This document shows, in pieces, positions 37,324-46,345 of a stretch of 62,076 bases of DNA (positions are counted from its first letter, which is position 1; each line of letters begins with the position of its first letter). Origin of the DNA: a virus (lineage: Duplodnaviria; Caudoviricetes); IMG/VR virus record IMGVR_UViG_3300028399_000007, positions 1 through 62,076 of that record. One strand, given 5' to 3'. The notes under the pieces are model-generated. The model did no database searches and was not told where the DNA came from. It saw only the letters and a program-made list of their open reading frames with translations. The translations under genes and the position numbers were made by a program.

Positions 37324-39432
37324 ATGGGGTTTGGATCAGAAACGGAACCTGCCGCGCCAACGAAGCGCGAGATCCAACAATTTCAAAAAGCCATGCGCGA
37401 TGATCTGGCCCGTAGTGGTCTGATCGCATCCCATCTCAAAAAACTTCGCTATGAAGTTCTAACCCCGCAAGACTCACTATCTGAATTTGATTGGCCTAAC
37501 TGGTCATACCGTATCCCTTACATCGATCCAATCACAGGGGAAGATACAGGGTACCATCGCTATCGTTTCATGGAGGAGGTGGCTAATAGCAAGGGGAAAA
37601 TCGTCAAGTACATGCAACGCAGCGGTACAACACCGAGGCTTTATTTCCCACCTGTCTATACTCCAAAAAAATGGGCAACAATACTAAATGATCCAAGCCA
37701 ATTTATTGTGTTCACAGAAGGCGAGAAGAAAGCCGCTAAAGCCTGCGTGGAAGGATTGCCTACTATTGCCCTAGGTGGTGTATCATCATTTAGCTGCAAA
37801 CGATTAGGGCAACGGTTAATAGATGACTTCAAACTGATCACGCTAAAGGATCGCCGCGTTGAAATTTGTTTTGATTCAGATTTCCGCACCAATGAAGATG
37901 TGATGCGGGAACTGCGGCGATTTGCCAAGGAACTCTATCGCGAAGGTGCGGTAGTCCTGTTCCGCTGGTTACCTGACGACTATGACAAAATCGGCTTGGA
38001 CGATTTTTTTGCCGCTGGTGCGCAGTTGACAGATTATGAACAACTGCCCTTTGACGCTTATGAACAATGCAAGGAAGTATTGGAACTCAACAACGAGCTA
38101 GCCTATATAAAAAACGTAAACGCATTTTATAATATAAAAACAGGGACGTGGTACAAAACTAAACCCGCCTTGGTGGATATGGGGTATGCCAACCGCGTTA
38201 TCATCGATCCTGAGACAGATCGTGAGCATAACGTCGCTGCCTTATGGTTAAAATCCAAGATGCGCCGCACCCATAAAAGGCTGGTATATGAACCGATGCC
38301 AATCTATGAGCCGTTTGAATTCCCGTTGATAACAGACGACAATGAATTGAACTTGTGGCGTGGTTGGGGCGCTTACCCTGAGCCGGGCAACTTGGATGAT
38401 TTCAACAGGCTATTGGATTACGTGTTCGGTGATGATCCGGATCAACGTGAAAATTTTTTGAAGTGGGCGGCATACCCGATCCAGTATCCGGGCACCAAAC
38501 TGACCACATCCTTTATGATCCAGAGCCCGTTACAGGGATCGGGCAAAAGTTCACTAGGGTTAATACTAGGTGATATATACGGCGGTAATTTCAGTAACGT
38601 AGATGCAGGCAGTCTATTTGAAAGTTTTAACTCATGGGCACGTAACAAGCAGTTTGTACTGGGTGATGAGATCACAGCGGATGCGTTCAATAAAAGACGT
38701 AGCTCAGATAAGATAAAGAACATGATCACGCGCGAAACGATCAGCATAAACGAAAAATACAAGCCCATTTACGAAGTAAAAGACTGTATCAATTACCTGT
38801 TAACGTCCAACCACCCCGATGCGCTGTACTTGGAGGAGTTTGACCGGCGCTTTTATGTGCATACCATCATGGCAAAATCCGTCCCGCCCAATTTAGGCAA
38901 ATGGGTAGATCGTTTCCGGTTTGGCAATGGTCAAAAAGGCCGATCCGCACTGATGCATTACCTGTTAACCGAAGTCGATGTATCTGATTTCAACCCCAAG
39001 GGCGAGGCCAAGGATTCATTTTCCAAGGAAATGATGCGCGAAGCGGGGCGGTCCGATCTGGAACAATGGGCTTGGCAACTGGCTAATGATCCTGACGCGG
39101 CGCTGCACATAACCGGCAAGACGTTTGATCGGGATATTTATACAACGGCGCAATTGCTAAAGATATACGATCCTTTGGGTAAAAAGAACGTGACGCTGCA
39201 TGCGCTTGGCAAGGCGCTGAAAAAATACCAGTTATTCTACAAACAAATCAGGTTTGATAACGGTAAACGCGAAAAATTGATCCCTATACGCAACAGGGAC
39301 AAGTGGATGAAATGCAAGTCCGCTAAATGGGCCGAACATTATGAACAATCCAAGGTCCATGATCTTGATACACGGCGCACGCCGATCAATGAGAAAAACG
39401 GGAATAAAAACAAGAAAAAAGATCAGACATAG
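37324..39432 (+). CDS. primase-helicase (DUF3854/TOPRIM-like plus SF3-type helicase)
   Basis: TEGEKKA, FDSD, GLDD; QGSGKS, FVLGDE, LLTSNH, DRRF. Confidence 0.88.
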   Translation: MGFGSETEPAAPTKREIQQFQKAMRDDLARSGLIASHLKKLRYEVLTPQDSLSEFDWPNWSYRIPYIDPITGEDTGYHRYRFMEEVANSKGKIVKYMQRSGTTPRLYFPPVYTPKKWATILNDPSQFIVFTEGEKKAAKACVEGLPTIALGGVSSFSCKRLGQRLIDDFKLITLKDRRVEICFDSDFRTNEDVMRELRRFAKELYREGAVVLFRWLPDDYDKIGLDDFFAAGAQLTDYEQLPFDAYEQCKEVLELNNELAYIKNVNAFYNIKTGTWYKTKPALVDMGYANRVIIDPETDREHNVAALWLKSKMRRTHKRLVYEPMPIYEPFEFPLITDDNELNLWRGWGAYPEPGNLDDFNRLLDYVFGDDPDQRENFLKWAAYPIQYPGTKLTTSFMIQSPLQGSGKSSLGLILGDIYGGNFSNVDAGSLFESFNSWARNKQFVLGDEITADAFNKRRSSDKIKNMITRETISINEKYKPIYEVKDCINYLLTSNHPDALYLEEFDRRFYVHTIMAKSVPPNLGKWVDRFRFGNGQKGRSALMHYLLTEVDVSDFNPKGEAKDSFSKEMMREAGRSDLEQWAWQLANDPDAALHITGKTFDRDIYTTAQLLKIYDPLGKKNVTLHALGKALKKYQLFYKQIRFDNGKREKLIPIRNRDKWMKCKSAKWAEHYEQSKVHDLDTRRTPINEKNGNKNKKKDQT

Positions 39433-39877
39433 TATTTGATATTATCACCTATTAAGATCGTGCCATGTAGTGAGAAAGTAACGTCAGGATCGAGCGATCC
39501 ACTTTGCCGAATGTGCCAATAAGCGGGAGTGAGACAGGTCCGTTGACAGGGACAAAGAAATGTATCGAGACAAGCCGATTTATAGTAACAGTGGTGATGA
39601 TCGAACCATGTTCTATTATAGTGACACGCCACGAGATTGAGACACCCTTATTGTCAGTAACACTAACTGTGATCGAAACACCTATGCGCAGCGTACCATC
39701 GAGGTGGATTGAAACATAATTAACGATAGTAACATGCTGCTTGATTGAAACGGAGTACATAACAGTAACACGGTGCTTGATTGAAACACTGTACACGATA
39801 GCAACACGTTGGTTGATTGAGACACGTCCTTTGATAGTTCGGATACTGAGATCGACCCATACACTTTGACAGTAGCA
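39421..39877 (+). repeat. TIGR-like dual-repeat array 1 (~12 units of 36 nt)
   Basis: Alternating GATYGARACA and GAYAGTRACA 10-mers separated by variable 8-nt spacers, 18-nt phase. Confidence 0.85.
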
Positions 39878-39900
39878 AAGCAACAGAGGAATTTTGAGAT

Positions 39901-40125
39901 ATGCACGTTGATCCCATAATTGACCAACACGCGCCAGATTGCCTGTTAGTGCAGTTCCACGCGATCTGTTGCAAGTGGGAGAAGTGCGTTTATTTCGGAA
40001 CTAGGAAAGAAAAAGCCGGGTATTATCGTGAATTGAAGCAGTTCTATAAAAAACACGGATTGCCTGATGACACGATAGCCCCGCCTTGCAATTGTGGTAG
40101 AAAAATATGCTATCTATTAACTTGA
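39901..40125 (+). CDS. small Cys/His-rich protein between arrays
   Basis: ORF with six Cys in CxxxxHxxCCxxxxC and CxC clusters. Confidence 0.4.
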   Translation: MHVDPIIDQHAPDCLLVQFHAICCKWEKCVYFGTRKEKAGYYRELKQFYKKHGLPDDTIAPPCNCGRKICYLLT

Positions 40126-40138
40126 AAGAGGTACCAAG

Positions 40139-40492
40139 ATGCGTAGAAAAAAGAATGCCGAGACTGCGGAAAGTACGTTATTTTCAGAAACACAAACGCG
40201 AACCGTTTACACTGTGGAGATCAAGAACCCGTACAACGTGTGGGAGGACGTGAGGAACCCCAGCTATATGGTGCCTGTGATCCCCAGTAGCGTTGCATCC
40301 TGTAATGACAACCACCCGCTGATGAAGCATCACAGGATGTTGACCTATGATCAGGCCATGGCGATAGCATGGTCGATCAAGTCGCAAAACGAGCCTTCTG
40401 TGCGCGGCGTGCGGATCGTGGGCTATGAAATGGAATGGTCCGTCAAGGCCAATAGTGCGCCGGTCTATGAGCAGGAGATCGGCGGAGACTAG
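40139..40492 (+). CDS. hypothetical protein between arrays
   Basis: AGAGG RBS. Confidence 0.65.
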   Translation: MRRKKNAETAESTLFSETQTRTVYTVEIKNPYNVWEDVRNPSYMVPVIPSSVASCNDNHPLMKHHRMLTYDQAMAIAWSIKSQNEPSVRGVRIVGYEMEWSVKANSAPVYEQEIGGD

Positions 40493-40498
40493 GCTAAT

Positions 40499-40885
40499 GA
40501 TCAGGCAGGGTGTCTGAGTGTACCGGAACAGATAATCGAGTCGCGAAGATGTATGGTAACAATGGCAATGATCGAGGCAAAAAAAGATAGCGTGCCGTTG
40601 AATATGATCGAGCCTTTGAAAGCGATTGGAACACGTGAATTGAGCTAAACAACCGTTTAGATAGTGACACAGTTTATGATTGAAACAGGTGCCCCGATAA
40701 CGACAGGCGCGAAGATTGAAACAAAAAATCCGATAGCATCACAATCCCGAATTGAAACGCAGAAAGATAGTGCACCACCGAATACGATTGAAACAGTGGA
40801 AAAGACAGTATCAGAAACGACGATTGAGACAAAAAGGCAAATTGCACCACTATCGCTGATCGAACCACCACCAGTTATTGCAACG
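40499..40885 (+). repeat. TIGR-like dual-repeat array 2 (~11 units of 36 nt)
   Basis: Same alternating repeats (GATTGAAACA at 40678, 40714, 40786; GATAGTGACA at 40660) with 8-nt spacers. Confidence 0.85.
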
Positions 40886-40904
40886 GATATGGGGAGTGCT
40901 ATTT

Positions 40905-41282
40905 ATGGGTTATGGGTACATCGGCCAACCGTACAGCCATGAGGATGAGGCGGTGCGGCAGAATCGCTATGAGTTTGCATTGTCATTTGTGGCTGCCAAG
41001 ACACGTGCCGGGGAGATAGTCTATTCCCCTATCGTGCACTTCCACAATGCGGCTGTAGAACACAACCTGCCGGAAGGTGGGGCGATCTGGCGGCCTGTGA
41101 ACAGGGCTATGCTATTGGCCGCCAACAGGTTAATCGTGTTGGCCCTGCCCGGCTGGTCCTGCTCGCCGGGGCTTGAGTTTGAGATGAAGCTGGCGCGTGA
41201 GCACAGGATCCCGATCAAGTACGTGATCCCTGATCACAAGATGCAGACCCAGCTAGGCGTGGAACTGATCACATTTGATTAA
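40905..41282 (+). CDS. DUF1937-like / nucleoside deoxyribosyltransferase-like protein
   Basis: YIGQPYSH, VYSPIVHFH, LPGW..SPG..E. Confidence 0.7.
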   Translation: MGYGYIGQPYSHEDEAVRQNRYEFALSFVAAKTRAGEIVYSPIVHFHNAAVEHNLPEGGAIWRPVNRAMLLAANRLIVLALPGWSCSPGLEFEMKLAREHRIPIKYVIPDHKMQTQLGVELITFD

Positions 41283-41473
41283 CCCTTGTCAAATGGATCA
41301 GCATCGACCGTTTCAAGCGCCAGCGCCTCAACCTGCTTGGCATAATCCAGCATTTCCTCAATAGCATCCACGTCGCTGTAGTAAGCCGTTTCCTCGTCCA
41401 GCACAGTGCTGGCATGCGCCTTGATTTCCTGTGCCAGCTTGGCAATGGCTTTGATATGTTGTGTTGATCTCAT
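41279..41473 (-). CDS. hypothetical protein
   Basis: Part of coupled minus-strand early cassette. Confidence 0.6.
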   Translation of the reverse strand: MRSTQHIKAIAKLAQEIKAHASTVLDEETAYYSDVDAIEEMLDYAKQVEALALETVDADPFDKG

Positions 41474-41700
41474 CGGCCTGTCCCCATTACAACAACATAG
41501 ACCCCGCTATGATCGCGATCTTGAAACACCTGCAAAACACGGCGACCCTTGAGAGTGCGTGCAATTGCATCGGGCGGGGTTTCAAGTATGTCGTATCGTC
41601 CGCGTAAAAATCCACGTACATAAGATATAACAGTATCCCACATGCTAGCCTCATATTCACCAACTTCTATGTTGTTGACATACGTCTTTACCTTGTACAT
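41470..41700 (-). CDS. hypothetical protein
   Basis: Part of minus-strand early cassette. Confidence 0.6.
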   Translation of the reverse strand: MYKVKTYVNNIEVGEYEASMWDTVISYVRGFLRGRYDILETPPDAIARTLKGRRVLQVFQDRDHSGVYVVVMGTGR

Positions 41701-41712
41701 TTCAATACCCTG

Positions 41713-41901
41713 TTATTCAATGATTGCGATTGAAAGGATCTTGTAATCCTGTTTACCGACCGGCGCGGTGATCACGGACTGCTCGATAAATGCCTTGGTG
41801 TAAAACTGCGCATCACTTGGCATGGCATTGTGGATAACGTCATATTCGATGGATCCGGTACCGTTGCCCGTAAGGATCTCTTTTTCAATATGGATTTCCA
41901 T
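41713..41901 (-). CDS. hypothetical protein
   Basis: GAGGA RBS; CsrA-type hairpin at 41921-41938. Confidence 0.6.
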   Translation of the reverse strand: MEIHIEKEILTGNGTGSIEYDVIHNAMPSDAQFYTKAFIEQSVITAPVGKQDYKILSIAIIE

Positions 41902-41945
41902 GATATGTCCTCTATGTTAGTGCGCCGTCCTTAGCGCGATAGTCA

Positions 41946-42350
41946 TTACAGCCCCCACTTGGCATCAGTGTAGCCGGGCAACATCGTGATGAAGCGATCC
42001 TTGATCTTGTTCATCAGTTTATAGGCCCGTGAGTTTTCATAATTCTTGGTTTCACAGGATTGGTAATCGAGGCACTGGACCAGTTTTAGAAGTTCAACAG
42101 CACCCATCTTGGGCACGCGACGGAATTTAAGATCATCCTCAGTGATCACCACCCGTTCATAGCCGCCAAAATACTCCTCAGCGCGTCCGGGGTAGCGTGC
42201 GCACACACTGGCATAATTCTGATCCGTCAGAACATCTGACAGGTAGTTTGCCGTTTGCAGGGGATCAGGGTACTCACCTTGCAAGCCCATGTTGATATAG
42301 TTGACGACGATTGCCTTGATCGTCATGTCCGTAACAATAAATGCGCTCAT
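41946..42350 (-). CDS. conserved phage hypothetical protein
   Basis: Start-associated motif; MSAFIV..N..SV.ARY..CLDYQSCE..W pattern. Confidence 0.75.
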   Translation of the reverse strand: MSAFIVTDMTIKAIVVNYINMGLQGEYPDPLQTANYLSDVLTDQNYASVCARYPGRAEEYFGGYERVVITEDDLKFRRVPKMGAVELLKLVQCLDYQSCETKNYENSRAYKLMNKIKDRFITMLPGYTDAKWGL

Positions 42351-42395
42351 TTTCCTAGCCCTCTTGGTCAGTGCGCCATCCTTGGCGCAGTGGTG

Positions 42396-42578
42396 TCAAA
42401 CTTCGCAATAAACTGCGGCGTCGCTGGGATCGATCATGGCGGTTTCGCCGTTGCCAAGTTCAACCTCAACAACCAGTTCGCCGTAGTAATCCTTGCCGTA
42501 GTCGAGAATGGTGCCGGGTACCAGTTGGTCAGTCCAGCCTACGTTAACGGTCTTGCCCTTTGCGTAGTAGTTGCTCAT
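42396..42578 (-). CDS. hypothetical protein
   Basis: Start-associated motif and promoter upstream. Confidence 0.7.
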   Translation of the reverse strand: MSNYYAKGKTVNVGWTDQLVPGTILDYGKDYYGELVVEVELGNGETAMIDPSDAAVYCEV

Positions 42579-42623
42579 TTTCCTAGCCCTCTTTGTTGTG
42601 GTGTTTATTTAACCTTCACTTAC

Positions 42624-42651
42624 AGTATAGCGGCTGGAATCAGGATTGCAA
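42624..42651 (-). promoter_or_regulatory. sigma70-type early promoter
   Basis: TTGCAA-N16-TATACT. Confidence 0.7.
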
Positions 42652-42736
42652 GGTTTTTTATTGCATTTTTTCAAAAATTTTTCCATTAAAATACTTATAT
42701 TAGAATATGCTAATATACGGATTTTTGGCCGTGGAC

Positions 42737-42764
42737 TTGCAAGGCTTTCCACGGTATGTATAAT
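42737..42764 (+). promoter_or_regulatory. sigma70-type promoter for large ncRNA
   Basis: TTGCAA-N16-TATAAT. Confidence 0.7.
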
Positions 42765-42769
42765 TGCGC

Positions 42770-43570
42770 CCGTGCTCGGGGCAGAAAGCCGTGGCAACAC
42801 GGTGCAAGGGGCGAAGCCAACATAGTCCCGCTTCTCACGAAGTAAGCCCGAGCAAGCCGAGTCCGCGGGGCATGCCCCGGCCTCCGTTCCTGACGGGGGA
42901 TAGCGGCGAGTGATTAGGGCTGTGTTAGGCGTAATAATCAAAGGCCATGCCTCATCGTGAGGTGAGGCGCAGCACGAAAGCGAGTCGGGATAGGACAAAG
43001 GGTAGGTCGGAAGTCCGAGCGGGCACGCAAGGGCGATGGCCAGTCAATACGGTCGTGGTCGAAGGATCACAATGGTCGTTGAAGACAGCCGATTACCGGG
43101 CACGGGAAAGGTACGAGGCGTGTGGCATACTGTATCTTCACGGATACGGCACCACTGATCGGCGCACGTCTTGGTTGGTAGCGTATGTAGCTCAGTTGGT
43201 AGAGCGCATCCCCTGAAAGGATGGTGTCGCTGGTTCAAATCCAGCCTAACGCGCATATTGTGGGAATATGTAAAATGCAAAGACGCCGATCAGCGTGTTA
43301 TGAAAGTGACCTAATCCTGTGGCCTTATGGCAACACAGGGTTCCCAAGGCCGCAAGCTGAGGGAACTTCGTCAGGACACGCACTCAGGTCGTTTAGCGGC
43401 GAACTGGGGTAGTTGAGCGGCGGAGTAGTAACACGGCATAGGTCTATTGCCTGACCTGTAAACAAAACGGCAGTCATGTCTGCTTACGACAGTGCGCTTT
43501 GCGGCTGGCGTGGACAACCCGGCAACAACAGGCCGCACCCTGTTGGTACTCTGGGGAAAGGGCAGATCAA
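42770..43570 (+). ncRNA. large structured noncoding RNA with embedded tRNA-like element (GOLLD-like candidate)
   Basis: No credible ORF; many stems and GNRA loops; bounded by promoter and terminator. Confidence 0.55.
43181..43253 (+). tRNA. atypical tRNA (anticodon loop CCTGAAA, nominal TGA)
   Basis: GCTC/GAGC D arm, CATCC/GGATG stem, GCTGG-TTCAAAT-CCAGC T arm; two acceptor mismatches, short variable loop. Confidence 0.6.
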
Positions 43571-43598
43571 ACCCGGCTTAATCTCAGCCGGGTTTTTT
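43570..43598 (+). terminator. intrinsic terminator
   Basis: CCCGGCT-loop-AGCCGGG followed by T6. Confidence 0.8.
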
Positions 43599-44036
43599 AT
43601 TGACTTTGAAAACTTGCGTGATCCGCAACCTGCGATCTTTTGCCCAATCCTGCACATTACCGCCTATTACTGCGAAGCAGTGATCAACGGTGAAACAGAT
43701 ATATTTTTCGCCCTTGCTTAGTGCGGCGGTGATTGTTTTCGGCGTGTAGCTGCTTGAACAGTTTGGCTTATAAAAACGCTTGTAAAGATTGGACGAGCAG
43801 ACAGGTGGCTTTGCAGCGATGTTGTAATAACTGCAACCAAACTCCGCAACTGCCTGCATGATGATCTTTATGTCTGTGCTGCAACGATTACGCCGCCCCA
43901 ATTTTTTCAAAATGAGGTGCGCCTCCGCATAGCTAACGCCACACACCAGCGATACGGCGACAACAGAGCAGTCGTTGCGCTCATTCTTAAATCCGGTGGA
44001 ATCTCGCTGTTCCAAGGTTTTGGCGTACAGGTTCAT
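43584..44036 (-). CDS. papain-like peptidase-fold phage protein
   Basis: NDCSVVAVS..H.FAV..G...DW Cys-His-Asp pattern. Confidence 0.55.
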   Translation of the reverse strand: MNLYAKTLEQRDSTGFKNERNDCSVVAVSLVCGVSYAEAHLILKKLGRRNRCSTDIKIIMQAVAEFGCSYYNIAAKPPVCSSNLYKRFYKPNCSSSYTPKTITAALSKGEKYICFTVDHCFAVIGGNVQDWAKDRRLRITQVFKVNKKPG

Positions 44037-44037
44037 G

Positions 44038-44154
44038 CTACACCTCACCCTGTCGGTAAACCTTGATCCGCGCGGCGGTGCGCTCTACCTTGGCCTGTGC
44101 TACGTTGATTGCAACGCCAGCCAAAACACAAAAAGCTACGAGTACATATTCCAT
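44038..44154 (-). CDS. 38-aa membrane peptide (not in ORF track)
   Basis: MEYVLVAFCVLAGVAINVAQAK.. directly after start-associated motif. Confidence 0.6.
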   Translation of the reverse strand: MEYVLVAFCVLAGVAINVAQAKVERTAARIKVYRQGEV

Positions 44155-44207
44155 TTTCCTAGCCCTCTTGGTTAATGCGCCATCCTTGGCGCTGGTTTGT
44201 CTTTATA

Positions 44208-44432
44208 TTAAAACGCAAATCCTTTTGAACTTGCGATCTCAAACGGCGCTTCCTTGGCCCGGCGTTCAAAGTATTCCTCGACCGTGAAGTTTTTGGCGAG
44301 GAACCTTGCGAATTTCCTCATGCTGCCCTTGCGATACTTGAAGCGTGCGACAAACTGGCGCTCACCGTTTTCGCTACGGTACATGAGGCAGTACCCGTCA
44401 AAAACAAAGTTGGTCATGTTGAAATTGCTCAT
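44208..44432 (-). CDS. conserved phage hypothetical protein
   Basis: Start-associated motif; FVARFKY..FL.KNFTVEEYF. Confidence 0.75.
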   Translation of the reverse strand: MSNFNMTNFVFDGYCLMYRSENGERQFVARFKYRKGSMRKFARFLAKNFTVEEYFERRAKEAPFEIASSKGFAF

Positions 44433-44465
44433 TTTCCTAGCCCTCTTTTTTGTTGGTTCAAGGTA

Positions 44466-44626
44466 AGTATAGACGCTATGAAATATATTGCAAGGATTAT
44501 TTTCAAAAAATTGCGTATATAAGTATTTAATAATACTGGGTTTTGTAAGTTATTGATTTTAATTGTTAAAAATAATTGTTAAAATGTAATAAAAACCCTT
44601 GCATTTTCCGCCCGGTGGTGTAAACT
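44466..44626. promoter_or_regulatory. divergent early promoter pair with IHF-type site
   Basis: TTGCAA-N16-TATACT (-, 44466-44493); TAAGTTATTGATT 44546-44558; TTGCAT-N16-TAAACT (+, 44599-44626). Confidence 0.65.
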
Positions 44627-44669
44627 GTAATTGTAGTTTGAAAAACCAACAACCAAGAGGGCTAGGCAA

Positions 44670-45074
44670 ATGGCTTACATGAGTCAAGAGAAAAAGAAAA
44701 TGCTTGCGCCGCAAATCAAGGCGGTGCTTAAAAAGTACGGGGTCAAAGCCACGATCTCCGTATCCCACCATTCAACGCTGGTCGTTACCCTGAGAGAAGG
44801 GCCGTTTGATATTATCGCTGAGTACAACAAGATCGCCGAAGAAAAAGGCAAGTACGCTGCTAGCTGGTATATGGACGTTAATCCTTACTGGATTGACGAT
44901 AACCATGCTGGTGAAATCCGTGACTTCCTTAATGAGTTGAAGGATGCCATGAACGGCAAGGGCGCTGAGGTCAAGAACCACAATAACAGCAATCCCATGA
45001 CCGACTACTTTGACGTAGGTTGGTATATCCGCATTTCTGTCGGACGCTACGACAAACCTTACAAAGTTATTTAA
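44670..45074 (+). CDS. conserved phage hypothetical protein
   Basis: Start-associated motif; MAYMSQEKKK..DYFDVGWY. Confidence 0.8.
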   Translation: MAYMSQEKKKMLAPQIKAVLKKYGVKATISVSHHSTLVVTLREGPFDIIAEYNKIAEEKGKYAASWYMDVNPYWIDDNHAGEIRDFLNELKDAMNGKGAEVKNHNNSNPMTDYFDVGWYIRISVGRYDKPYKVI

Positions 45075-45110
45075 TCAACCGCGTCAAGGACGGCGACAAC
45101 CAAGAGGGCT

Positions 45111-45380
45111 ATGAAAATGAGTAACAAGGTAAACACTGGTATCAGACTTATCGCCAAACAGGCGGCGGATTTGCAGTTTCGTGCAAAGCGCCTAGCTGAC
45201 GAAAACATGCAATGGGATTGCAGTTTCAAGGGTACAGAAGCCGCCCAAGAGTACAATCGCCTCATGGACGAATATGAAGCATTGCAGGCGGTAGCTGATC
45301 GTGCTGGTGAGTACGTGGCGTTTATGACCGCCGTTGATTTTATCCTTGGAGGATTTGAGAACCAAAACCAAGAGGGCTAG
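45111..45380 (+). CDS. hypothetical protein
   Basis: Start-associated motif. Confidence 0.7.
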   Translation: MKMSNKVNTGIRLIAKQAADLQFRAKRLADENMQWDCSFKGTEAAQEYNRLMDEYEALQAVADRAGEYVAFMTAVDFILGGFENQNQEG

Positions 45381-45383
45381 AAA

Positions 45384-45641
45384 ATGGAATACGTTGATTG
45401 CACGTTCTGTGACCGCACGGGTACCGATCCGGAAGATGACAATGAACTGTGCCCGATCTGTTACGGCGAGGGCGCAGTTGCCGCGACACATGGTGTCGAA
45501 GAGTATAGTTCTTTCGGCACTTGCGAGCATTGCTTGCGTAATGGGCCGGTGATCGAAACCATGACCTTCTACGTCATGGGCAACGGCATAACCAAGAACA
45601 AATTAACGTCTTGCCTGTGTATTGACTGCTACCGGGGATAA
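45384..45641 (+). CDS. Zn-finger protein
   Basis: Four CxxC motifs; start-associated motif. Confidence 0.7.
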   Translation: MEYVDCTFCDRTGTDPEDDNELCPICYGEGAVAATHGVEEYSSFGTCEHCLRNGPVIETMTFYVMGNGITKNKLTSCLCIDCYRG

Positions 45642-46341
45642 TCAAGATGGAAAAAAGCAAAATACAACAGATTGCAACCATGGCGCATGTCATGAAAAAC
45701 CCAAAAAAGATACTTGTGTGCGCCACATCATTGATTTGATCAACGGCGAGGAACTTACTGATCAAAATCTGGCCGAGTTATACAAGTTTTTCATGCCACC
45801 GATCCCCAAGGCCAAGAAAACGCCCGAACAGTGGGTAGCCACTGCGATTGGGGACAAGGACGTGCGCTTTTATTTGAACTATGTGTACGTCGATAAGGAA
45901 TGGGTCATTGGTTCAAACGGCCATCATCTGCATCGTGTCCACAATGACAATAATCTCGAACCCGGTTACTACCTGCCGTCGCCTGCCGGGGGACAGGGTA
46001 TTGTCTTGGCTGAACCGCCTGACTTCGCTACTTACCCACAGGTCGAGAGCGTGATCCCGGCAAGCAAAAAGGGCGGGGTAAAATTTACTGTTGACGATCT
46101 TGAGATCAATAAAGAACAGTTGGCGGCTGGTAGTTCAAAAATGGTCGATGTTTACAAGTTCCCGAAGCGGTTGATAGGTGATGAACGCATATCGATCAAT
46201 TATGGATACCTGAATGATTTGATCGCCATACCCGGTTTCGATGATGCCGAACTATGCGTTTACCCAAAAAAGGGCTACGTGGCACTATGGTCAGGCAAAC
46301 TGTGTCTAGGCGTTATCATGTTGCGCAGACCAGCGGGGTAG
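45622..46341 (+). CDS. beta-sliding-clamp-like protein (start uncertain)
   Basis: DVRFYLN, SNGHHL, YPQVESVIP, VIM resemble DnaN middle/C domains. Confidence 0.5.
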   Translation: MTATGDNQDGKKQNTTDCNHGACHEKPKKDTCVRHIIDLINGEELTDQNLAELYKFFMPPIPKAKKTPEQWVATAIGDKDVRFYLNYVYVDKEWVIGSNGHHLHRVHNDNNLEPGYYLPSPAGGQGIVLAEPPDFATYPQVESVIPASKKGGVKFTVDDLEINKEQLAAGSSKMVDVYKFPKRLIGDERISINYGYLNDLIAIPGFDDAELCVYPKKGYVALWSGKLCLGVIMLRRPAG

Positions 46342-46345
46342 CAAT

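Noticed and set aside
39771-39779. Self-targeting spacer (CGGTGCTTG matches near 58985)
   Set aside because: A single 9-nt match is expected by chance and the partner spacer does not match adjacently; no exhaustive search was possible
39423-39974. ORFs overlapping array 1 (and 40664-40942 over array 2)
   Set aside because: Their IET/VSI periodicity follows from the 18-nt repeat; stops interrupt the frames and no good RBS is seen
39421-40885. CRISPR array (GTGGATTGAAAC resembles type I repeat ends)
   Set aside because: Repeats are ~10 nt and spacers 8-9 nt, with two alternating repeat types; no cas operon present
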